Source of the DNA: Lepidodermella squamata
Taxonomy: Eukaryota > Animalia > Gastrotricha
Reading direction: 5' to 3'
Length of the DNA: 15,787 nt
NCBI GenBank assembly: GCA_047495785.1
Contig: JBLDXI010000135.1
Coordinates: forward strand, 1 to 15,787
This document shows, in pieces, positions 7,251 to 15,787 of the stretch. Each line of letters begins with the position of its first letter. The stretch's first letter is position 1. The translations under genes were made by a program, and so were the position numbers. Under the pieces are notes generated by a model. That model was given only the letters and a program-made list of their open reading frames with translations. It had not been told where the DNA came from and did no database searches.

Positions 7251-8297
7251 ATGTCTGCCATGCGATCCGACTACAATCTGCTCTCCAAGGGCCAGCGTCA
7301 AACTCTGGACATCGCTCGAATCTTTGTGAAAAAAGGAATCGACGCTCACTCGGCCGAGTTGACGCATCCCCTGATCATCGCAGACTTCGGCAGCAGCACT
7401 GGGGCTAATAGCTCAGCTGCCGTTTCTGAGATCATCACCGCAATTCGCGATAAATACGGTTTTGAAGCTACGAAATCAATTTTTTCCATACACGAAGACC
7501 TGCCTGAAAGTAACTGGTCTGAATTTTTCAACTTCATACGCCAGGATAGTAAGTCCTACGTGAAGAGACACGCTGGAGTTCAGTGCTTAGCTGCTGGTTT
7601 CTCGTTCTACCAGCAAATTTTACCGGATGACTGCTTACAGGTCGGTTTTTCAAGCAGTTCCCTACATTGGTCTTCCGGCGCTCCGTGCAAGCTAAAAAGC
7701 CACATTTACACCCCAATGGCTAGTGATGAAGAGAAGGCTCTTTGGCATAAACAGGCAGAGGAAGATTGGAGAAGTTTCCTCGGGTCGAGATCGAAGGAAC
7801 TAAGAAAAGGAGGTGTGTTGATTCTGAATGTAATAACAGGAGGTTATACTTCAGATCGATTGTTCGATGGCCTCTACAAAGCAGCGAAAGAGCTCGAAAT
7901 TTCTGGGTTTATCACCAGCGAAGAACTGGAAGACTTTACTATGCATTTAGTGTTTCGGACACTTGAGGATATTACGAAAACTGATATTTTGGAACCCCTT
8001 GGCTTGGAAGTAGTTACAGCCGAGCTTTGCCCGACCCCGAAAAGCGTCTTTTACGAAGCTTATGAAAAACATCGCGATTACGATCGTTTTATAACAGATC
8101 TCGCGTCGATTTTGGAACCGTGCTGCGAGCCTTCGTTTCTAGCAGCTCTTTCCAATGAGAGGACAGCAGATGAAAAAGCGGCAATTTGTTCGAGGCTGTG
8201 GGGCCATTACAAAAAGGTTCTGGCTCGGGATAATCGCCGAGCGGAGGATATGTCGCTGACTTGGGACAACGCATTTGTGGTGCTCAAGAAGCGATAG
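7251..8297 (+). CDS. SAM-dependent carboxyl methyltransferase, SABATH / Methyltransf_7 family (348 aa, intronless)
   Basis: Family motifs occur in order: YNLLSKGQ; IADFGSSTGANS (SAM motif I); HEDLPESNWSEFF; GFSFYQQILP; GFSSSSLHW; QAEEDWRSFLGSRSKELRKGGVLIL. First ATG at 7251 (the track uses a TTG at 7224). AATAAA at 8333-8338. Confidence 0.92.
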   Translation: MSAMRSDYNLLSKGQRQTLDIARIFVKKGIDAHSAELTHPLIIADFGSSTGANSSAAVSEIITAIRDKYGFEATKSIFSIHEDLPESNWSEFFNFIRQDSKSYVKRHAGVQCLAAGFSFYQQILPDDCLQVGFSSSSLHWSSGAPCKLKSHIYTPMASDEEKALWHKQAEEDWRSFLGSRSKELRKGGVLILNVITGGYTSDRLFDGLYKAAKELEISGFITSEELEDFTMHLVFRTLEDITKTDILEPLGLEVVTAELCPTPKSVFYEAYEKHRDYDRFITDLASILEPCCEPSFLAALSNERTADEKAAICSRLWGHYKKVLARDNRRAEDMSLTWDNAFVVLKKR

Positions 8298-9092
8298 CGG
8301 GAAAAGAATCGACAAATTCGAATAACATTTTGAATAAAAACGGTCCTAGCATTGATAATCACAGGTGGAGCATTTTTCAGTAATATGTACGAGACTTTTC
8401 GGTTTCTGGATATGAATCATTTGAAGATAGTCTCGGCTATGCTGTTTTTACGAGCGACTAGAATGTCAGATAATATATCGAAATCCCGAATCAATTTCAT
8501 TCATCATGTTCATCCGTATCATTAATGAACCAGCAAAAAGACCTTCATCCTATTTAATATGAATTAAAACTTCGTTAAACATAGTAACCCTGCCTGCCCA
8601 AGTAAGCCTGCATTTCACAATCCTCAGCAGCTGTCCAAGTGATGGTGATGAAAGAAATAAAGATCACCATCATAATCAGCGTCATTTGTTACGCTATAAC
8701 AATTCCTCAAGTTTTTTATGAGGTGCTGTCAGATATTACAAATGGGGTGCCCATAGACAACACTGTAACAGATAGGAAACTAACGATCTTTCCATAGTGA
8801 ATTTATTCGAGCTCGAGAATTTTTTCGAATGGCTAAATGGCTAAATACATTTCTCGTACAACTTTTCAAGGTAGATCAGTTTGAAACAAGCACTTCGGGA
8901 ATAATCCGACCACACCTGCTCTTTAATTTGCTGAAAACCACGTCTTTGCATCCCTTACGGTTGAAAGGTTATTCAAAAAAACGATGCAAAAAGGTTTGCT
9001 GACACTTTATTCTCATCGTTCTCCATGAACATCATTTGATTATTGAATAAACTTTTGGTGCACAAGTTGTAATGTAAACATTTTCTTTGATT

Positions 9093-9904
9093 TTAACCGG
9101 ACATTGGACTGAACGAATCCAGCATCTGTTTTTGGAGTTCATCGGAGGTGTACTTTTCGACGTTCGAACCATCAACTTTCCAGTTCTGGCATTCACATCC
9201 AGACTTCTTCCATTGCATTAGTGCCATCAGGACGCATCTCATTTCAACTTCTGACATTTGCTTCTGATCATCGTGGAAACCGTCTGCGCGTGTGTTAAGC
9301 GATACCGAATTCCAGACAAGTTTGTTGTTTTGAAACGAGAAACCAGCACCCACGATTTGATCGTCGAGTTCAACGCCGAACAACGACTTGTAAAGTTTCC
9401 CATGAACCTGACCCTCTGCGGCGTCGATGGACATAATCGATGACGATTTCCTCAAATAAATATAACCAGCTTTGCAGTGAACACCGTTCAGACGCCAATC
9501 TGTTTGACCGTTGTACATGAGCAGCATCATTCCGGCATAGTTTTCGCCCAATAATAATTTGTCTGATTTACAGGAAACGTGAAACGTATTGACGGCAATT
9601 TCAATTCCAGGTCTCGGAGGCCCATTTGAAAAAAAAAAACAACACAATCGTCACGAAAGAACGCCGAGGGTATTCCACCGCCACGAAATCGCAGCACCAT
9701 GTGCAGTGTACACTCCTTTTGGATGTTGTAATCTGCTAACTTCCGCTCGTCTTCGAGTTGTTTCCCATTGAAGATTAATCTTTGTTGGTCTGTTGGTATA
9801 CCATCTTCATATAGGACAAGCTGTTTGACCTTGCCGATTGTGTACGACGGTTCAACTTCCAACGTCAACGTCTTCCCTGTGAGAAGCTTAACAAAAAGTT
9901 TCAT
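9093..9904 (-). CDS. Divergent ubiquitin fused to an uncharacterised ~190-aa domain; frame broken at an A11 homopolymer (9629-9639)
   Basis: Residues 1-76 ([20 protein letters not shown]...[13 protein letters not shown]...[11 protein letters not shown]) are clearly ubiquitin-like. The long ORF 9093-9647 overlaps in another frame and joins if the run were 12 or 9 nt. Probable 5'-UTR intron 9908-10007 ending 3 nt before the ATG. Minus-strand AATAAA at 9006-9011. Confidence 0.75.
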
Positions 9905-10222
9905 GGTCTAAAATGATAGCAACAACATTATTGATATTATTGCTATTGACAAGATATTGTTTTGAACAAATTAAATATTTGGCACATGGAGAATAGAGTT
10001 ACCATACCTAGTATTGCTAACTGTTATAAAGCAAAATGCACAATAAAATCAGGATCACAATTAGAATCAGCTATGTGATAATATGGTACGATTAATAGTG
10101 CAGATATAATCTTCTTTATTATTGTCAGTATTGATGTTTTTACGGAAAAGAGTGTTATTTTCACGAGAAATATTAGTACATTCTAGGCAGATGTGATATA
10201 TCGGATATAATCGGAATCATGT

Positions 10223-12674
10223 TTACTGTTCAGTATTGTAATTGTACATAATATTGATAAAGTCAAAGTTTTTAAATAGATTTCCGGCCATCGTCTGTGC
10301 GATCCCGTCTTCGATCGTCGACATCGCAATTGGTTCGTTCAAAAAATCGTCCTCAAAATAACTGACATCCACTTCATCAACTTCATCGCCGATCGTGACT
10401 GGCATTTTTCGCTGGATGCGGGGCGGTAGGAGTGGCGGAGGCTCTGCACGCCCTGTTTCTATTAAACGCCAGTCAATGGCTGCAAAAAATGGCTGGTCTC
10501 GAACTTGGCCGGCCGGGCAGTTCAGACTGCCTAGTCGCAGATCAGGATTTCTCTCGAATAGCAGCTTCAAAATCGACCTGGCGTCTTGGTCCTCAATTTC
10601 ATCATAATTCGGCTGAGATGGATCTTCGTATTGTTGCGCTAGCAGTGTGTAAATGTCATGGCCGGACTCAGTCAGGAAAGGAACAAGGCCAACCAGCATT
10701 TCGTAGAGAAAACATCCGAATGCCCACCAGTCGACTGGGTACGAATAGCTTTTTCGATAAACGATTTCTGGCGACATGTGAGATGGCGTGCCGCAAATGG
10801 TTCGAGTTCCACGATCGTCGTAATCGTACTTAGACAACTCGAAATCAATCAAGCGGACATGTCCTGACAAATCCAACATGACGTTGTCGGATTTCAGATC
10901 GCGGTATATTATGCGTTTTTCATGCAAATAGTTCAACGCACAAACCACCTAAACATGTGTCAATCTCCGAGTGAAATATTAACCATAGCGAGTGAAGGAA
11001 TTACCTCTGCTCCATAAAAACGGGCACGATCAACTTCAAAATAACCATTTTGTGATAACAGTTGAAGATGGAACATGATCGCACCCCCAGCAACAAAATC
11101 CACGGCGTAAACTGTTACAAATATTCGAACTTGAAATTTTCCAGCTTCGGTATCATGTAAACCTACACAAGTGGCTGTTTGATTGGAATGTACACAGCAT
11201 GTGGAGCAGAAACGGCGATTTTGAACTAGCCTGTAAAACTCGTAGCTCGGCTTTTTTGATCTCCAAATGCGTAGCAATTCTGTCTTTCCGAACAGCTTTC
11301 AAAGCGACGTATTTCGGCCGCAGGTCATCAGCCGTATTTGAGTGAGCTGTGAAACGCGCAAGATAAACTTTCCCGTAGCTGCCTTGGCCCAAGAGGCATA
11401 TTATTTGAAAATTCGGCAAATTGTACGGCTCGGGAGGGCGCAACCAGCTGGGTGCCTTGTTTTGTCTTTCTACGGCATCAGGGTCCAGTAAGTGCGTAGG
11501 ATATTGGCGAATGGTGTAGTCAGCATCTTCCTCGTCGATGTCTCCCGTAACATCAAGATTGTCTCCGAGGCCAACACTAGTTGCAATTATTCTCGCACGA
11601 CAAACCTGCTCAACCGCTTCCGAGCAAACCGAATGAACGCTGATGCTGCAAAATTTGCACTTTTGTGATGAAGTGCACATCCACATCAAACGCCTGTCGC
11701 CTGAACATCGCTTCGGCGCCACGCAAGTAGTCGGTACAAACTCGTGAGGCAGTTGCTGGAAGTTATCGGTTTAATTTACTGCTCCAATCAAGGTACATAA
11801 ATATCGGATCTTACCTGCATAGGGCAGATCGGGAAATCTTCATTCCAGCAAGATTTGTGTATGGTTAGCCGGCAAACTGCAAAACGTTTTTATAGCAAGA
11901 TTAACTAATGTTTTCGTGTCCTTACATCGGCACCGTAATCCTGGTCTTTGAAATCCCCTAATGGAAATATGAATCTGTGACTGATATTAAACCACATAGT
12001 CAGGCGTGTCTAGTTAGGTCATGTGCTATGCCGAAGCGAATTGTTAGTATTTCCCGAACCTTCTTATGTGCTCTAAATGCAAACCAAAAGACTTCATTGC
12101 AAGCCGAACAAGTCGTCAATTCCGGAATTAACTGAACTTCAAAGTGATGCCCCAATTTAGCATAACTCCTATCCATTCTTTGAGCCCCTCTGCGCCACAA
12201 GGCTCGATCTCTTTGAGGACAGACTTGCGCTACAAGATTAATAGATCCATTTGGGATGAGTTCTCTCTTGAACATAATGGAATTCGTTATAGCGAGATAA
12301 AAATATAAAACTCACGGTGATTATTGCACGGCCACCTCGCCGTGAGTAGCAGGTCTCCAGACACTCTCTGAGGTTGAAGATACAACGCGCCAGAACTTCT
12401 TCGCTATGTTCACTCTCCATTAACGAGACCTCCACCATTCTTTCGGGTATGAATACGGTATTGTCAAAAATTCTCCCACTCCTTTGAAGAAAGGATGCCT
12501 CTCAGGAACTGGAAAAGTGAACTGCGACTTCTCACACACCTGCATAAAAACAAACTTACCCAGCTCGCCATCTTTCATCAAACCACGGCGAATAGCAAAG
12601 ACACCAGCGCTGAAATTGTCCACCGACTGAACAAATAATCTAACGAATACCTCCGTGTTCGCTGATCGACTCAT
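10223..12674 (-). CDS. Divergent novel protein kinase C (delta/theta-like): C2-like, pseudosubstrate, C1a, C1b, AGC kinase and C-tail. Exons approx. 12674-12560, ~12500-12316, 12266-12085, 11957-11926, 11876-11815, 11755-11167, 11111-11005, 10948-10223
   Basis: GT-AG introns of 49-127 bp join in phase from exon 2 onward. Pseudosubstrate RRGAQR; C1a HHF...CSAC...WGFQRPGLRCRFC...HKSC...C; LGQGSYGKV; VALK; YRDLKSDN; TICGTP; VDWWAFG; hydrophobic motif FKNFDF. The exon 1/2 junction and the start codon (12674 or 12713) are unresolved. Confidence 0.88.
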
Positions 12675-13308
12675 AACTTGATAACTTTGATACGTAAAAC
12701 ACTTGAGAAACATGCACCTTTATTGCAATAAGTTGAGAAGAAACTGAGTTTCGATGGAATTACTTACAATAAAGGTATGAAGATATAAAGAGCTAGGGCT
12801 AAGACTGTTGGTCAGAATACTGCTTCGGGCTTCGGGGTACCTTACACAAATTGAGAGAGTCGGGCTAATGCCAGAATTAACCAGATATTACTTGCGGAAA
12901 ACGGAAATTCATTTACGCAGAGATTGGAGATCTACGAAAATCCGAAAACGCGAAAGTGATCAATTTATTTCTTCATTTATGAGCCATACATAATATCGTT
13001 GGAAAGCTCGTTGTATGATCAGGGATTAACTGGCGAAGGGATAATCCCTGCGCCTGCACAAGTAAAACAAACATGAGTAGAGCTATGCTCTTAAAATTCT
13101 GTGACTTGCTAAGCAAAACATACAACATCTTCGCCATTTGTCCATTCAGCGTTTACAACTTCGGCTGGCTCGTCAAGTGAGTTTTAGAAAGTTTTAGGGC
13201 GCCTTTGATCGAAACTCACCTGATCATTAACAGAAGTGCGAACTCTTGAATGTGGGTGGGGCTTCACTTGATATGGAGTTTGGGACAGGAAGTCAAGTCT
13301 CAACCGCA

Positions 13309-13378
13309 TAAGACATAAGACATAAGACAATGTTATTCGTATCGCCTCAGACAGATACGACTATCAATTAATGATCAC
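13309..13378 (-). mobile_element. 70-bp 3' stub of a LINE/SINE with 13-bp target-site duplication
   Basis: Flanked by AGTCTCAACCGCA (13296-13308 and 13379-13391, with a third copy at 13392-13404). Minus-strand tail (TGTCTTA)3 at 13309-13329, preceded by AATAAC and a 7-bp stem-loop TCGTATC/GATACGA (13337-13360). Confidence 0.7.
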
Positions 13379-13877
13379 AGTCTCAACCGCAAGTCTCAAC
13401 CGCAAGCAAAATCCATAAGTGGCAACTTGATTTCATGTGCATTGGTACGAAAGTTTCAATTTTTCACCACGACCTCTACGATCGTAATACGTTTTCATTT
13501 TTCTATTGGTAGGGCAAAAAGATTTGTCTCACTTAGTTTTAGCGCGCATTCAGCGTCAATTTTCCTTCAGAAATAAAAATTTTAAAACATACAATTTTGT
13601 TATATAAATTGATTTGTGTAATACATGAAATCGCGCACAATAATTATTTTATTTCAAAATCTGCTGTTTAGTTCAGTTTTTCGGTCCAGTTTTAGTTTTC
13701 TGCGTGTTTTAGCTCCCCTGCGGTCAAGTTCTTGTGTCGTGGGTCAGTTGTGGTGACCAGTGACCAGAGCGGAGACCTCCCTACTAGAAAATGCTCAGTG
13801 AGCTAGTCCTACTAGTTCCGAGAAGATCAGCTCAGAATTTTCGCTTGTCGCTAGTCGCCCGCCTCGTGCCACGTTTC

Positions 13878-14977
13878 TCATCATCATCATCATCATTGTA
13901 TTGTTTTCCTTCTGATTACACCATTTTTTTTAATTTTATAAAAGAATAACAGTATTTAGGAATGGATTTATAAATGGGCAAAAGAGGATCGAGCGCAGAA
14001 GTAAGGCGACCGTGCACAGCATATAAGAATGTTTATTATAGGATGATGCGCGCAAGGCACGCATACATTAGATAAGGTGATTAAAATAATAATTAGTTTT
14101 ATTTAACTAAGGCCAAATTTGTAAGGACAGGCCATTCTTCCAATATAAATTTTTTGCACGAGTTAACAAAAAGATTTATCGAAGTAATGTTAGTGATAGA
14201 GGCAGGTAGAAGGTTCCATAATTTGGCAGTTCTAATAGCAAAGCTAAAGCCCCTAGGGCAAAGTGAATGTTGAGGAATTGTTAATTTGTTATTAGAATGA
14301 TGTCGAGTAGTAGAGAGATTAGGTTTGAGAAAGAAAGTATCGAATTCTAGAGGATGAGACATATTATTAATTATTTTAAACGCCATCGTAAGGTCGCGGA
14401 GTAACCATCTTTGGTTTAAGGATAGCAATTCAAACTTAGCCAGCCTCTGAATATAGTCGAGGGGAGCCATAGGGGGAGATATAAATCTAGATGTGAAGTT
14501 TTTTAAGCACTTTTCTAAAAGATTACGATGCTTGATTAAATAAGGCTGCCAGACGCATGAGGCATATAGTAGGTTGGGTAAGACATAAGAATTGAAAGCA
14601 CAAATTAGAACTGAGTGATTTCTGGTGGAAAAAGAGTTCAGGATCAAACCACAAAGGCGACGGCTTTTAGCGTATAGTTTGTTGCAGTGAGACGAGAAGG
14701 TCAACCTGCTATCTATGATGACGCCAAGATCGCTAGTTTCTGTCACCGAGTTGATAATGTGAAAACCGAGTAGATAGTTATGGAGTAAGTTCTTGGATCC
14801 AAGACGAAGAATGAAACATTTTTTAAGATTAACTGATAGTTAGTGGGAAGTGAAAAAAGAATAGATAGAGTTAATATCCTGCTGTATATCAGCCGGGTTT
14901 TTACCCAATTTGGCGTAAATTTTTACATCGTCAGCAAATAATCGAATAATGCAAGATTTCACACAGGATGGCAAGTC
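13878..14977 (-). mobile_element. 5'-truncated non-LTR retrotransposon (CR1/L2-like clade): RT C-terminus, 3' UTR and (GAT)n tail
   Basis: Manual translation DLPSCVKSCIIRLFADDVKIY...IQQDINSIYSFFTSH*LSVNLKKC... continues into ORF 14099-14746 (DLGVIIDSRLTFSSHC, YVLPNLLYASCVWQP, FAIRTAKLWNLLP). Premature TAA at 14840-14842. (TCA)6 at 13878-13895 forms the tail. Confidence 0.9.
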
Positions 14978-15615
14978 TCAATCTCATGTTTCATTCAAAC
15001 TTGCGCACTGCTATATTACTAGGAGTCCGAACTGCATTTTCGGCGTATGAGATGAGAGAGACACACTGAAATAGGAAATATTTCTAAGAGTCAAGCACTG
15101 CTGTCTCATATTCATTCTTTGCAGCGAACGTCAAACGCCAAGCTCCATGATCATTTGATTTTGATGATCTATGAATAATGTTTATTAGTGCGATTGAAGG
15201 TTAATTTGGCTCCCCGGGTTGTTTGAGCAATGAGCAATGGATAGTTGGGAGTACTTTCCATCGTTTCCTATGGCCTATGGTACTCTCGATTTTCTGCTTC
15301 TGCCCTCGAAATGATTTTCTAACCAGGTTTTTGGACGACCTCAAAAACATTAATTCACAAGTATTAGACTTGAAGTGAAGCTTTTAGCTATTTATCTGTA
15401 CACGGCTACTGTCTCAAAGTTGCGGATAATTAGTGACCTAGAATCTTCTGCGGTTAAATACCTGGTTCTACTGCTGCGCTTCTGTTTGCGGCAGCTCTTT
15501 TCCATATTTGATTTTACTTCTAGCGTAACAGTCATTTTCTTGTTGATCAAGATAGAATTTAGAGAGTTGGCAAGAACATCAGCTTGAACTTAGTTTCTAG
15601 CTGTAGTCGTTCGTG

Positions 15616-15777
15616 ATGGCTAAGTCCCTGAAAGATCTGGGATGGTAAGTCTTGCCATACCTATTATCGGCTGTTTACAACATTCTTAAACGTTCTAATA
15701 GGCATCTCAACGTGAGTGCCATTCCAGACCTTGCTGCGGGCGCCTCTGTGAACGATATCGTTAAACGAGCGTTAGAT
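15616..15777 (+). CDS. First two coding exons (15616-15644, 15702-15777) of a gene leaving the window; product unknown
   Basis: Two consensus GTAAGT donors (15645, 15778) and a TAG acceptor at 15701 define a 57-bp intron. The spliced frame is open: MAKSLKDLGWHLNVSAIPDLAAGASVNDIVKRALD. Confidence 0.55.
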
Positions 15778-15787
15778 GTAAGTTGCT

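Noticed and set aside
8640-8672. 10-bp-stem hairpin with AATAAA in its loop between convergent genes; also a 9-bp stem at 13020-13050
   Set aside because: Isolated short stems with no supporting context; could be chance.
13876-14980. TCTCA as TSD of the LINE fragment
   Set aside because: Only 5 bp and overlaps the tail, so it cannot be established.
12808-15587. ORFs 12808-12993 and 15375-15587, plus antisense ORFs over the identified genes
   Set aside because: Mostly non-ATG starts, no recognisable motifs, or overlap with better-supported genes.

Overview
Eukaryotic, most likely invertebrate animal, genomic DNA: genes have short (~50-130 bp) GT-AG introns, TATA boxes and AATAAA signals. In order, the window holds: (1) the 3' part of an ankyrin-repeat/SOCS-box gene; (2) a nested transposon complex (980-4298) with a perfect 295-bp inverted repeat, a probable Mutator-like transposase remnant, an OTU deubiquitinase gene broken by a 183-bp hAT-type MITE, and a probable non-autonomous Helitron carrying a second OTU remnant; (3) a spliced, secreted precursor of 36 KR-delimited acidic Tyr peptides (GEAAYEEA/GEAGYEEA), directly followed by a co-oriented, intronless SABATH-family methyltransferase; (4) a divergent ubiquitin fused to an unknown domain across an A11 frameshift; (5) a strongly divergent novel-PKC (delta/theta-like) kinase gene; (6) two 5'-truncated retroelement insertions; (7) the first exons of a gene leaving the window. 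The best candidate for an undescribed system is the repeat-peptide precursor plus methyltransferase pair. All family calls come from manual motif reading; no searches were run.
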